Below are positions 29,775-39,836 of a DNA stretch of 64,000 nucleotides, piece after piece. Position numbers and translations under genes: made by a program. Each line of letters starts with the position of its first letter. Positions within the stretch are counted from its first letter, which is position 1. Origin of the DNA: an uncultured Alphaproteobacteria bacterium (lineage in GTDB: Bacteria > Pseudomonadota > Alphaproteobacteria > Acetobacterales > Acetobacteraceae); the NCBI GenBank assembly GCA_963791495.1, contig CAWBST010000021.1:136515-200514 (forward strand), read 5' to 3'. Below the pieces are notes generated by a model. That model was not told the origin of the DNA. It made no database searches and saw only the letters and a program-made list of their open reading frames with translations.

Positions 29775-30464
29775 ATGGATCGCGACTCGCAGAAGCGCGA
29801 GGCCGCCGAGGCCGCCGCCGCCCTGGTGCAGGACGGCATGGTCGTCGGACTGGGCACGGGTTCGACCGCCCGTTTCGCCATCGAGGCACTGATCCGCCGT
29901 GTGCATGAGGGACTGCGGATACGCGCAATACCGACATCGGAACGGAGCGCGGCACAGGCGCGAGAGGGCGGCATTCCGCTCACCACCTTCACCGAACACC
30001 GGCAACTCGACCTAACCATCGACGGCGCGGATGAGATCGAAATCGGCTCGCTCAACCTGATCAAGGGAGCAGGCGGCGCTCTGCTGCGCGAGAAGATCGT
30101 TGCTGCAGCGAGCGAACGGCTCGTTATCGTGGCGGACGGCAGAAAGCTGGTGGAACGTCTCGGCGCGACGGTGCCGGTGCCTGTTGAGGTAGTGCCCTTC
30201 GGCTGGGAGACCACCGCGGACCGGCTGCGCCGGCTCGGCACCGATCCGCAGCCAAGACGTGATCAGGCCGGTCAGTTGTTCTGCACCGATGGCGGCAACC
30301 GCATCCTCGACTGCCGGTTCGGAGCGATCTCCGACCCAGCCGGGCTGAATCAGGCAATCGTTCAGATCGTGGGTGTCGTGGAAACCGGGCTATTCATCGG
30401 CATGGCGCGCCAAGCTTTGGTGGCGAGAGATAGAGGCGTCCACGAACTCAGGCGCGGAGACTGA
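29775..30464 (+). CDS. rpiA: Ribose-5-phosphate isomerase A
   Basis: VGLGTGSTA, IDGADEI, and NLIKGAGGALLREKIV motifs. Confidence 0.92.
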   Translation: MDRDSQKREAAEAAAALVQDGMVVGLGTGSTARFAIEALIRRVHEGLRIRAIPTSERSAAQAREGGIPLTTFTEHRQLDLTIDGADEIEIGSLNLIKGAGGALLREKIVAAASERLVIVADGRKLVERLGATVPVPVEVVPFGWETTADRLRRLGTDPQPRRDQAGQLFCTDGGNRILDCRFGAISDPAGLNQAIVQIVGVVETGLFIGMARQALVARDRGVHELRRGD

Positions 30465-30469
30465 CCGCG

Positions 30470-31669
30470 TCAGCGGCTGGCGACCTGGCGCGGGTCGGGC
30501 CGCAAGATCACACACGCGGATCGATGCCGCACCAGCGCGGCGCAGGCACCCTGTGCCTCGGCGGATGTCAGGCCGGTGACCTGGGCACGCCAGATGGTCC
30601 GGCCATGCTGGCTGGCAGTCTCGATGCGGGCCTCGCCATCGTCTACCACTCGGCGAGCATTCGACGCCGCCTCGCGCGCCGCCCTCTCGTTGCCGAAACT
30701 GCCGATCTGAATGGTCCAGGCAGCACGCGTGCGGGCAGCCGGCCTGACCGCGAGCGTCGCGGCGTGTGCGGTTCCCACAAGGCCAGGCAGCCTGCTCGCC
30801 AGAGTAGTCCGGCGCTCCGCCGGCACATCCATTTGATCAAACCCCTGATCGAGCAGCGCCGTCATGTGGGCGTCGCGCTCGGGATTGGAGGAAGCGCCAA
30901 GCACCACACCGATCAGGCGCACGCCGCTATGCACGGCGCTGGTGACAAGGTTGTGCCCAGACGCCTCGGTGTAGCCGGTCTTCATGCCATCGGCACCGGG
31001 ATAGGACGCCAGCATACGGTCGTGGTTGAAGATCACGCGGCGCTGGAAGGTGAAGCTGTGCGTGCTGAAATAAGGATAGAAGCCGGGGAAATCCGTCAGC
31101 AGGTGCCGTGCCAGCATCGCCATGTCGCGGGCGGTGGTCCACTCGTCGGGGTCGGGAAGACCCGAGGCATTGGTAAAGGTAGTCTGGCTCATGCCGAGCG
31201 CCCGGGCGCGCAGGGTCATCATCTGGGCGAACCGGTCCTCTGAACCGGCGAGCAATTCGCCAAGTGCGGCCGCCGCGTCGTTGGCCGACTTGGTGACGAG
31301 GCCAAGGATTGCTTCCTCCGCGGTCAGCCGCGTGCCGGGGACCAAGCCCAGCTTGGAGGGTTGCATCGAGGCCGCACTTTGCGAGATCGGGACCACCTGC
31401 CCGGTCGTGATGCGCCGGTCGCGCAGCGCCTCGAACACCAAGTACAAGGTCATAAGCTTGGCGAGGCTCGCCGGGTGTCGCGGCGCATCCGGGTTCGCCG
31501 CCTCGAGCACGTCGCCCGTGGCGGCATCGATCACGATCGAGCTGTAGCGGGCGGAGCCGATCTGCGCCCTGGCCTGGACGGGAAGCACCACCGCGAGGGC
31601 GACGACCGTGGCCGCCAGGGCGGACAGACGCGTCACAAACTTGCGTCCACGGGCCTCCGCTTCGGCCAT
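30470..31669 (-). CDS. D-alanyl-D-alanine carboxypeptidase (S11) with C-terminal SPOR domain
   Basis: SxxK (ASLAKL), SxN (SANDAA) and KTG (MKTGYT). C-terminal WTIQIGSFGNERAAREA...WRAQVTGL is SPOR-like. Confidence 0.88.
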   Translation of the reverse strand: MAEAEARGRKFVTRLSALAATVVALAVVLPVQARAQIGSARYSSIVIDAATGDVLEAANPDAPRHPASLAKLMTLYLVFEALRDRRITTGQVVPISQSAASMQPSKLGLVPGTRLTAEEAILGLVTKSANDAAAALGELLAGSEDRFAQMMTLRARALGMSQTTFTNASGLPDPDEWTTARDMAMLARHLLTDFPGFYPYFSTHSFTFQRRVIFNHDRMLASYPGADGMKTGYTEASGHNLVTSAVHSGVRLIGVVLGASSNPERDAHMTALLDQGFDQMDVPAERRTTLASRLPGLVGTAHAATLAVRPAARTRAAWTIQIGSFGNERAAREAASNARRVVDDGEARIETASQHGRTIWRAQVTGLTSAEAQGACAALVRHRSACVILRPDPRQVASR

Positions 31670-31830
31670 TCCTTGCGCACCTCCGGCGGTTCGCTGGAAC
31701 TCTAGGGGCCGGCGGCCGCGCCTGTCCAGCCAAAATCCGTACGAAAAGGGAAAAAACTGAAGGGGTTACAAGCCGCTCCTTGGACAAGCGCCACGGCCAT
31801 TTCGCGGGATTAAGACAACTCGGAGTATTC

Positions 31831-31845
31831 TTGTGCAGTGCACAA
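31831..31845. promoter_or_regulatory. Perfect 7-1-7 palindrome upstream of the phasin gene (candidate PhaR-type operator)
   Basis: TTGTGCA-G-TGCACAA, 127 nt upstream of the phasin ATG. Shares the TGCA-N-TGCA core with the second site. Confidence 0.4.
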
Positions 31846-31888
31846 AATTCGCTTGATCCCATCGAGGGGGCGGCCTATATCGGGGCTG

Positions 31889-31903
31889 TGCTGCATTGCA
31901 GCA
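31889..31903. promoter_or_regulatory. Second perfect 7-1-7 palindrome upstream of the phasin gene
   Basis: TGCTGCA-T-TGCAGCA, 69 nt upstream of the phasin ATG. Confidence 0.4.
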
Positions 31904-31971
31904 AAACCGTTCGGCAAACAGCGCGAAGGTGCGGCAACCGCGCGGGGCGGGCCGTTCACCAGGAGGTGTAG

Positions 31972-32487
31972 ATGACAACCAGACCAAGGGTGATCGACGT
32001 GCCAGCTATCGAGGACCAGACGGCGGCTGCAGGCAAGGGTTTCGAAGCGGCGGCGTCGGGGCTGAAGGACGATATGGCTCGGGCGACCGTTGGATTCGCA
32101 GACACACAGGAAAAGGTGAAAGAAGGCATGGAAAAGGCAATGAAGACGGCTGAGGAGCTGATGGCGTTCAGCCAGGGCAACCTCGAAGCGATGGTTAAGT
32201 CAGGCCAGATCTGGGCCGCTGGTGTCCAGGACATCGGCAAGCAGATCGCGGCCAACGCCCAGGCCTCGTTCGAGGAGACGATGTCCACGTTCAAGGCGCT
32301 CACGTCGGTGAAGTCAGTGAAGGACGCGTTCGACCTCCAGGCGACGCTTGCACGGACGACAGTGGAGAAGACGCTGTCGGAGTCGGGGAAGCTGACGGAC
32401 GCCTCGATGAAGCTGACCGAGCAGGCGCTGGCGCCGATCACCGCCCGGGTCAGCCTGGCGATGGAAAAGTTCGCCAAGACCGCCTGA
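31972..32487 (+). CDS. Phasin (PHA-granule-associated protein)
   Basis: 171 aa, Ala/Lys/Glu-rich helical. ELMAFSQGNLEAMVKSGQIWAAGVQDIGKQ...KSVKDAFDLQ. SD AGGAGG. Confidence 0.8.
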   Translation: MTTRPRVIDVPAIEDQTAAAGKGFEAAASGLKDDMARATVGFADTQEKVKEGMEKAMKTAEELMAFSQGNLEAMVKSGQIWAAGVQDIGKQIAANAQASFEETMSTFKALTSVKSVKDAFDLQATLARTTVEKTLSESGKLTDASMKLTEQALAPITARVSLAMEKFAKTA

Positions 32488-32586
32488 TAGGCCGGTCACG
32501 GGTTGCCAGCCGGCCCTTCCTCCGGATTTGATCCGTGGGGCTGGTGGCCGTGGATCCCTAATCCGGCTCTGATCAGAGAAAAGAAA

Positions 32587-32616
32587 GGCCTTGGCGTCAC
32601 CGCCAGGGCCTTTTTT
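32587..32616 (+). terminator. Rho-independent terminator of the phasin gene
   Basis: GGCCTTGGCG-TCAC-CGCCAGGGCC (10-bp stem with one G-U pair) followed by TTTTTT. Confidence 0.75.
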
Positions 32617-32790
32617 CGTGCTTTGACACCTGCACTTAATCTTTGCTGGTCAATGCTCTTTCAACCCAGCGCCGCATTCCGATATGGTTTGTGCTTCGGC
32701 AGGCAGGGGCCTGGGGACTCCACGACCTGCTGAACAGATGGCTCGCCCGAACTCGACGGGGCGGTCGCGATAGATGGGCGCGGAAGGACG

Positions 32791-33129
32791 ATGAGCGATA
32801 GCGACAGGCGTGGGGGCAATAGCAATAACGAAAACCCGAACACCGGGGTGGTCGTTCGCGCGCGCCCCAAGACGCGCAAGCCGGCGATGTACAAGGTGTT
32901 GATGCTGAACGACGACTACACGCCGATGGAGTTCGTCGTGCACGTTCTGGAACGATTCTTCCAGAAGTCGCGCGAGGAAGCCACCAGGATCATGCTTCAC
33001 GTGCACCGCCGCGGGGTCGGCGTCTGTGGCGTCTATACCTATGAGGTGGCGGAGACCAAGGTGACCCAGGTCATGGACCTGGCACGGCAGAACCAGCATC
33101 CTCTGCAATGCACGATCGAGAAGGAATGA
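32791..33129 (+). CDS. clpS: ATP-dependent Clp protease adaptor ClpS
   Basis: [24 protein letters not shown]...[27 protein letters not shown]. Confidence 0.95.
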   Translation: MSDSDRRGGNSNNENPNTGVVVRARPKTRKPAMYKVLMLNDDYTPMEFVVHVLERFFQKSREEATRIMLHVHRRGVGVCGVYTYEVAETKVTQVMDLARQNQHPLQCTIEKE

Positions 33130-33261
33130 TTGCGCAAACCGGGGGAGGACCCACCAGATGGCTGGTGGGCTAGGAAATTCGACTGAGTTGACTGCCGGTC
33201 GGCCCGGCGGAGATGATCAAGTCCAGCCGACAGGCTTCAGCGCGTAGGAGCGACGACGACA

Positions 33262-35607
33262 ATGCTTTCACGGAACCTCGAACAGACGCTGCACCGCGCT
33301 CTGTCACTCGCCAGCGAACGTCGTCACGAATACGCGACGCTGGAGCACCTGCTCTTGGGCTTGGCTGACGACACCGATGCCGCGACGGTGCTGCGTGCCT
33401 GCGGGGTGGACCTCGACAAGCTACGCAGCGATCTGTCCGAATTTCTCGACAAGGACCTTGCTGGCCTGGCGACAGATCGGGCGGGCGATCCGAAGCCGAC
33501 TGCCGGTTTCCAGCGCGTGGTGCAGCGCGCGGCAATCCACGTGCAGTCCTCCGGCCGCGACGAGGTCACCGGCGCCAACGTGCTGGTGGCGCTGTTCTCC
33601 GAGCGCGAAAGCCACGCGGTATATTTCCTGCAGTTGCAGGACATGACTCGCCTCGATGCAGTCAATTTCATCAGCCACGGTATCGCCAAGGCACCCGGCC
33701 GATCCGCCCAGCGTCCAGTGCAGGGCACCGGCAGCCAGCCGGAATCGCATCCCGAGCAGGAGCGCGAGGAAAAGCCAAACCGGCGCAGCCAGGATGCGCT
33801 GTCCAACTACTGTGTGAACCTGAACAAGAAGGCGATGGCGGGGAAGATCGACCCGCTGATCGGCCGCGAGAACGAGATCGAGCGCACGATCCAGATTCTC
33901 TGCCGGCGCACCAAGAACAATCCGCTCTATGTCGGCGATCCCGGCGTGGGCAAGACAGCGATCGCCGAGGGACTGGCGAAGCGCATCGTGGAAGGCGATG
34001 TGCCGGAGGTCCTCGCACGTTCGACAATCTATGCGCTGGACATGGGTGCTCTGCTCGCGGGAACCCGTTACCGCGGTGACTTCGAGGAGCGGCTCAAGGC
34101 CGTGGTGTCCGAACTGGAGAACCAGCAGGGCGCGATCCTGTTCATCGACGAGATCCACACTGTGATCGGTGCCGGCGCCACCTCCGGCGGCGCGATGGAC
34201 GCGTCGAACTTGCTGAAGCCGGCACTGGCGTCGGGCAACGTCCGCTGCATCGGATCGACCACCTACAAGGAATTCCGCAACTACTTCGAGAAGGACCGCG
34301 CACTGGTCCGCCGCTTCCAGAAGATCGACGTGAACGAGCCGAACGTCGAGGACAGCGTGAAGATCCTGCGCGGTCTGAAGACCAACTACGAGCGGCACCA
34401 CAAGGTGCGCTATACCGACGAGGCGATCCGCGCCGCGGTGGAGCTGTCGGCCAAATACATCAATGACCGCAAGCTGCCTGACAAGGCGATCGACGTGATC
34501 GACGAGGTAGGCGCAAGCCGGATGCTGCTGCCGGAGCACAAGCGGCGGAAGACGGTGACACTGCGCGATGTCGAGGAGATCGTCGCGAAGATCGCGCGCA
34601 TTCCTCCGAAGAGCGTGTCGGCCGATGACAAGGAGACGCTGCGCAATCTGGAGCGCGACCTGAAGGCGATGGTGTTCGGCCAGGACCAGGCGATTTCGGC
34701 GCTATCCGCGGCGATCAAGCTGGCGCGCGCGGGCCTGCGTGAGCCAGAGAAGCCGATCGGCAACTATCTGTTCTGTGGCCCGACTGGTGTCGGCAAGACC
34801 GAGGTGGCGCGGCAGCTAGCGGCGACCATGGGGATCGAGCTGATCCGCTTCGACATGTCGGAATATATGGAGCGACATTCCGTCAGCAGGTTGATCGGGG
34901 CGCCACCTGGCTATGTCGGGTTCGACCAGGGCGGCCTGCTGACTGACGCGATCGATCAGCATCCTCACGCGGTGCTGTTGCTGGACGAGATCGAAAAGGC
35001 GCATCCTGATCTGTTCAACATCCTCCTGCAGGTGATGGACCACGGGAAACTCACTGACCACAACGGCAAGACCGTCGACTTCCGCAATGTGGTATTGATC
35101 ATGACGACGAACGCGGGCGCATCGGATCTGGCGAAGGAGGCGATCGGCTTCGGCCGTGACTCGCGCGTAGGTGAGGACGAGGAGGCGATCAAGCGCCTGT
35201 TCACGCCGGAGTTCCGCAACCGCCTCGACGCGACGATTGCCTTCGCGGGACTGACGCCGGAGATCGTGGGGCGCGTGGTGGAAAAGTTCGTCATGCAGCT
35301 CGAGGCACAGCTGGCCGACCGCAACGTGACGATCGAGCTGTCGTCGGCGGCGAAGGAGTGGCTGGCGGAGCGCGGCTATGACAAGCTGTACGGCGCACGG
35401 CCGCTGGCGCGCGTGATCCAGGAGCACATCAAGAAGCCGCTGGCCGAGGAGCTTCTGTTCGGCAAGCTGGTGAAGGGCGGCTCTGTGAAGGTCACGATGA
35501 AGGACGGCAAGCTGGACTTCGAGATCATCGAAGCGCAGCTGCCGGCGCTGCCGAAGCCGGACGAAGACGGTGACGGCGGGGTCGATCGGGAAGAGATCGA
35601 GGCGTAG
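33262..35607 (+). CDS. clpA: ATP-dependent Clp protease ATP-binding subunit ClpA
   Basis: 781 aa. Two AAA+ modules ([15 protein letters not shown] and [15 protein letters not shown]). Follows clpS. Confidence 0.97.
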   Translation: MLSRNLEQTLHRALSLASERRHEYATLEHLLLGLADDTDAATVLRACGVDLDKLRSDLSEFLDKDLAGLATDRAGDPKPTAGFQRVVQRAAIHVQSSGRDEVTGANVLVALFSERESHAVYFLQLQDMTRLDAVNFISHGIAKAPGRSAQRPVQGTGSQPESHPEQEREEKPNRRSQDALSNYCVNLNKKAMAGKIDPLIGRENEIERTIQILCRRTKNNPLYVGDPGVGKTAIAEGLAKRIVEGDVPEVLARSTIYALDMGALLAGTRYRGDFEERLKAVVSELENQQGAILFIDEIHTVIGAGATSGGAMDASNLLKPALASGNVRCIGSTTYKEFRNYFEKDRALVRRFQKIDVNEPNVEDSVKILRGLKTNYERHHKVRYTDEAIRAAVELSAKYINDRKLPDKAIDVIDEVGASRMLLPEHKRRKTVTLRDVEEIVAKIARIPPKSVSADDKETLRNLERDLKAMVFGQDQAISALSAAIKLARAGLREPEKPIGNYLFCGPTGVGKTEVARQLAATMGIELIRFDMSEYMERHSVSRLIGAPPGYVGFDQGGLLTDAIDQHPHAVLLLDEIEKAHPDLFNILLQVMDHGKLTDHNGKTVDFRNVVLIMTTNAGASDLAKEAIGFGRDSRVGEDEEAIKRLFTPEFRNRLDATIAFAGLTPEIVGRVVEKFVMQLEAQLADRNVTIELSSAAKEWLAERGYDKLYGARPLARVIQEHIKKPLAEELLFGKLVKGGSVKVTMKDGKLDFEIIEAQLPALPKPDEDGDGGVDREEIEA

Positions 35608-35674
35608 AGCACACTTGATTCGGCGGTTTTACCTGGACGTCTCCGCCCGGCCGTGACGGTTTAGGGCGGTCTCG

Positions 35675-37285
35675 ATGGTGAACAACCTCGACCTGCTGCT
35701 GCTGCGCCGCCGCGTCGAGCACATGATGTCGCCGTGGCATCGCAGCAACGGGCCAGGCATGACGATTGGCGTGGTGCTGGGACGGGAGCTTGTCGTGCAC
35801 GAGAGCGCCGGCATGGCGAGCATCGAGCTTAGCGTGCCGATCGGTCCGGAGACGACCTTTCGCATCGCATCGGTCAGCAAGCAGTTCACCTGCGCTGCGA
35901 TCCTGCTGCTTGCGGCCGAAGGCAAGCTGTCGATCGACGACGATGTGCGACGCTATATCCCGGCGCTGCCGGACCTCGGCGATCGCATCACGCTCGCGCA
36001 CCTGATGCACAACACCTCCGGCATCCGCGACATGCTGGAGATCATGCGTCTCGGCGGCGTCGATCTCGCTCAGCCCTGCAAGGCGCAGGACCTGATGGAT
36101 GGCGTGTGCCGGCAACGCGCGCTGAACTTCGCTCCAGGCTCCCGCTATCTCTACAGCAATTCCAACTTCATGTTGCTCGGCCGCATCGTGGAGCACGTCA
36201 GCGGACATTCGCTGCGCCAATTCCTCGATCGCCGCATCTTCACGCCGCTCGGCATGAATGCAACGTGCCATGTCGAGCGACCGGACGAGGTGGTGCACGG
36301 TCAGGCGACAGGCTACTTCCCCGCGTCTGGTGGCGGCTGGACGCGGGCGCAACATGGCTTCCCGCTGAGCGGCGAAGGCGGGCTGGTCTCCTGTGTCACG
36401 GACCTTGCGCTGTGGCACGCTAACTTTGCCTCACCGCGTGTCGGTGGCACAGGCCTGGCGAATGCGCTCACCACGATGACGCCGTTCAGCAATGATCAGC
36501 CGAACACGTACGCGCGCGGACTGCGCGTCAAGATGCACCGCGGCGTCCGCACGATCGGCCACGACGGACTTTGGCCCGGCTACAAGACGAGTTTCGTGCG
36601 CATTCCAGATCACGATGCCGCGGTGATCTGCATCAGCAACGATGCTACATCAGACCCGCACGATCTCGCGTTTCAGGTCGTCGATGCATTGGTCGAGGGG
36701 AAGCCAGGTGTGCATGCGATTCCGCCGATGCCGCCCGTGGAGCTGTTGCCCGGCCGGTATCTGAATCGCGACACCGGCGCGACTGCCGATGTGACCCTCG
36801 ACGAGGCTGGCCGCGTTACCGCATGCACGCATGGCGTGGCCTTCACCACGATCCCCACCGGCGACGGCCGTCTTGCCACCAGTCGCGGCTCGGCCGACTT
36901 CACCATGCAGCTCGTCGCTGAGGACGTGCTGGATGTGGAACGCGATGCGGGCATGCACGAGACATTGCGTCGTGTTTCCGGCAATGCCGAGCTGCCTGCC
37001 GACCTGCCGGGCCGCTATCACAACGCGGACATGGCGGCGACCTGGACAATCGGTACAGGCGAGACGGGCATGACACTCCACGTCGCCGGACCGCTCCTGA
37101 TCGCTGCTCGCTGGGAGATCGAGGCTATCGAAGGCGACTTCATCCGAATCGTCTCGCCGACGCCGCTGTTTCGAGCATGGCTCGATGGGCGCGTCCTGCG
37201 CGACGCTGGCGGCAGAATCAGCGGACTGCACATCGATGGTGGCCGCGTCAGGAACCTCTTCTTCGCCAAGGAGCCGGCGCGATGA
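35675..37285 (+). CDS. Beta-lactamase-fold serine hydrolase (S12; D-aminopeptidase-like, extended C-terminus)
   Basis: SxxK (SVSKQF) and YxN (YSNSNF). 536 aa, with about 180 extra C-terminal residues as in DAP-type enzymes. Confidence 0.8.
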   Translation: MVNNLDLLLLRRRVEHMMSPWHRSNGPGMTIGVVLGRELVVHESAGMASIELSVPIGPETTFRIASVSKQFTCAAILLLAAEGKLSIDDDVRRYIPALPDLGDRITLAHLMHNTSGIRDMLEIMRLGGVDLAQPCKAQDLMDGVCRQRALNFAPGSRYLYSNSNFMLLGRIVEHVSGHSLRQFLDRRIFTPLGMNATCHVERPDEVVHGQATGYFPASGGGWTRAQHGFPLSGEGGLVSCVTDLALWHANFASPRVGGTGLANALTTMTPFSNDQPNTYARGLRVKMHRGVRTIGHDGLWPGYKTSFVRIPDHDAAVICISNDATSDPHDLAFQVVDALVEGKPGVHAIPPMPPVELLPGRYLNRDTGATADVTLDEAGRVTACTHGVAFTTIPTGDGRLATSRGSADFTMQLVAEDVLDVERDAGMHETLRRVSGNAELPADLPGRYHNADMAATWTIGTGETGMTLHVAGPLLIAARWEIEAIEGDFIRIVSPTPLFRAWLDGRVLRDAGGRISGLHIDGGRVRNLFFAKEPAR

Positions 37286-37301
37286 TGCGATGCCTGCGCG
37301 C

Positions 37302-38468
37302 TCAATACGACTTCGGCAAATCGAGTACGCGCTCGGCGAGATAGCTCAAGATCAACTGCGGACTGACCGGTGCGATGCGCGGGATCAGCAATTCACGCAG
37401 GTAGCGCTCGACGTGGTACTCCTGCGCATAGCCCATGCCGCCATGCGTCATAACGGCCTGCTCGCAAGCCCGGAAGCCAGTCTCACCGGCGAGGTACTTC
37501 GCCGCATTGGCTTCGGCACCGCACGGCTGACCCTGATCGTAGAGCCAGGCGGCCTTCATCACCATGAGGTTGGCCGCCTCCAGCTCGGCCCAGCATTTTG
37601 CAAGCGGATGCTGGATTGCCTGATTCTGCCCGATCGGCCGGCCGAACACCACGCGCTCGCGCGCATAGCCTGAGGCACGCTCCAGCGCAGCGCGCCCGAT
37701 GCCGATCGCCTCGGCTGCGACCAGCACGCGTTCGGGATTGAGGCCGTGCAGCAGAGTGCGGAACCCCTCGCCTTCCTCACCGATGCGGTCTTCCTCCGGC
37801 ACCTCCATGTCCTCAAAGAACACCATGTTCGAGTCGACCGCGTGCCGCCCCATCTTGTGGATCAGCCGCACCTCGGCATGGGCGCGGTCGAGCGTGGTGT
37901 AGAACAGCGTCAGCCCATGGCTGTGACGCTTCACCTGATCGAGCGGCGTAGTGCGCGCCAGCACCAGGATCTTGGTCGCGACCTGCGCCGTCGAGGTCCA
38001 GATCTTGGCGCCATTGATCACGTACCGATCGCCGCGGCGCTCGGCACGTGTGGTGATCTGCGTGGTGTTGAGGCCGGCATTCGGCTCGGTGACGCCGAAG
38101 CAGGCCTTGTCTGTGCCGGCGATGATCGGCGGCAGCATGCGCCGCTTCTGCGCCTCGGTCCCGAACACCACGACCGGGTTGAGGCCGAAGATGTTGAGGT
38201 GGATCGCCGATGCGCCCGACATGCACGCGCCGGATTCGGCCACCGCCTGCATCAGGATCGCGGCCTCGGTGATGCCGAGACCGGCGCCACCATACTCCTC
38301 CGGCATGGCGATGCCGAGCCAGTTACCCTCCGCCATGGCGGCGAAGAAGGCGTCCGGGAAGGTCGCGGTCCGGTCGCGTTCCAGCCAGTAGGCGTCATCG
38401 AATCGGGCGCACAGCTTCAGCACCTCGTCGCGGATCTGCTGCTGCGGGTCGGTCAGGGCGAAGTCCAT
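37302..38468 (-). CDS. Acyl-CoA dehydrogenase
   Basis: 388 aa. [11 protein letters not shown], and C-terminal [23 protein letters not shown]. Confidence 0.9.
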   Translation of the reverse strand: MDFALTDPQQQIRDEVLKLCARFDDAYWLERDRTATFPDAFFAAMAEGNWLGIAMPEEYGGAGLGITEAAILMQAVAESGACMSGASAIHLNIFGLNPVVVFGTEAQKRRMLPPIIAGTDKACFGVTEPNAGLNTTQITTRAERRGDRYVINGAKIWTSTAQVATKILVLARTTPLDQVKRHSHGLTLFYTTLDRAHAEVRLIHKMGRHAVDSNMVFFEDMEVPEEDRIGEEGEGFRTLLHGLNPERVLVAAEAIGIGRAALERASGYARERVVFGRPIGQNQAIQHPLAKCWAELEAANLMVMKAAWLYDQGQPCGAEANAAKYLAGETGFRACEQAVMTHGGMGYAQEYHVERYLRELLIPRIAPVSPQLILSYLAERVLDLPKSY

Positions 38469-38513
38469 CAGGCGGGCCTTTCAGACGCTGCCAGGGTGGG
38501 CCATATTTGTCCC

Positions 38514-39497
38514 ATGTACAGTCAGGCGCTCAACGCCGCCACCGACCCTGCCGACGCCAGCGAAGCGGGCGGGCGGTTTCAGGCGTGTATCGACGCCGAG
38601 GAGCGGATCGAGCCGAACGACTGGATGCCGGAGGCGTATCGCCGCACGCTGGTCCGCCAGATCAGCCAGCATGCGCATTCGGAGATCGTCGGCATGCTGC
38701 CGGAGGGTAACTGGATCACCCGTGCGCCGACGCTGCGTCGCAAGGCGGCACTGCTGGCGAAGGTGCAGGACGAGGGCGGGCATGGGCTTTATCTTTATGC
38801 CGCAGCGGAGACGCTGGGTGTGACGCGCGAGGAGTTGGTCGAGCAGTTGCTGACCGGCCGTGCGAAATACTCGTCGATTTTCAACTATCCGACTCTAAGC
38901 TGGGCGGACATCGGCGCCGTCGGCTGGCTGGTGGACGGCGCGGCGATCATGAACCAGATCCCGCTGTGCCGCTGTTCCTACGGACCCTATGCGCGAGCGA
39001 TGATCCGCATATGCAAGGAGGAATCGTTCCACCAGCGCCAGGGGTTCGAGATCATGACCACGCTGGCGCGCGGCTCGCCCGAGCAGCAGGCGATGGCGCA
39101 GGATGCATTGAACCGCTGGTGGTGGCCAAGCCTGATGATGTTCGGCCCACCTGACTCGCAGTCGCAGCATTCCGACGCGTCCATGCGCTGGAAGATCAAG
39201 CGCTTCACCAATGACTCGCTGCGCCAGAAGTTCGTCGATGCGACTGTGCCGCAAGGCCATTATCTGGGACTGACATTCCCTGATCCGGAACTGCGCTACA
39301 ACGACGTGACCGGGCACTGGGAGTTCGGCGCGATCGACTGGGACGAGTTCCGTCGCGTTCTCGCCGGCGATGGTCCATGCAATCGCGAACGCCTCGCGGC
39401 GCGGCGTCGTGCGCATGAGGATGGGGCGTGGGTACGCGAGGCGGCGCTCGCCTATGCCGCGAAGCAGAGGGCCGCGCAGCATCGCGAGGCCGCCTGA
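38514..39497 (+). CDS. paaA: 1,2-phenylacetyl-CoA epoxidase subunit A
   Basis: [44 protein letters not shown] is near-identical in pattern to E. coli PaaA. Start at the internal ATG 38514. The upstream part of the ORF is antisense to the acyl-CoA dehydrogenase gene. Confidence 0.93.
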   Translation: MYSQALNAATDPADASEAGGRFQACIDAEERIEPNDWMPEAYRRTLVRQISQHAHSEIVGMLPEGNWITRAPTLRRKAALLAKVQDEGGHGLYLYAAAETLGVTREELVEQLLTGRAKYSSIFNYPTLSWADIGAVGWLVDGAAIMNQIPLCRCSYGPYARAMIRICKEESFHQRQGFEIMTTLARGSPEQQAMAQDALNRWWWPSLMMFGPPDSQSQHSDASMRWKIKRFTNDSLRQKFVDATVPQGHYLGLTFPDPELRYNDVTGHWEFGAIDWDEFRRVLAGDGPCNRERLAARRRAHEDGAWVREAALAYAAKQRAAQHREAA

Positions 39498-39499
39498 GC

Positions 39500-39787
39500 A
39501 TGACCGAGCACACCACCCCGTTGTGGGAGGTCTTCATTCGCGCACGCACGGGCCTGGCGCACAGGCATGTCGGCTCGGTGCACGCGGCTGACGCAACGCT
39601 GGCACTGCAGGCGGCGCGCGACGTCTATACGCGTCGCGGTGAAGGGCTTTCCATCTGGGTCGTGCCGTCGGCAGCGATCACGGCCTCAGATCCGGCGGAC
39701 AAGGAGATGCTGTTCGAGCCGACGGCCTCGAAGATCTACCGTCACCCCACGTTCTATGAAGTGCCCGACGAAGTGGACAACATGTAA
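39500..39787 (+). CDS. paaB: 1,2-phenylacetyl-CoA epoxidase subunit B
   Basis: MTEHTTPLWEVFIRARTGLAHRHVGSVHA...IWVVPSAAI. Starts 2 nt after the paaA stop. Confidence 0.9.
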   Translation: MTEHTTPLWEVFIRARTGLAHRHVGSVHAADATLALQAARDVYTRRGEGLSIWVVPSAAITASDPADKEMLFEPTASKIYRHPTFYEVPDEVDNM

Positions 39788-39836
39788 TGCGGTGGTGCAG
39801 GCTCTTCTGCCTGACGCACCGCAGGGATGAAACGCG

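Noticed and set aside
36413-36430. Sigma-54-like TGGCAC ... TTGC motif
   Set aside because: The spacer is 7 nt where the consensus has 5, and the motif lies inside the serine-hydrolase coding sequence.
37746-38513. 5' extension of the paaA ORF
   Set aside because: Antisense to the acyl-CoA dehydrogenase gene. PaaA similarity starts at ATG 38514.
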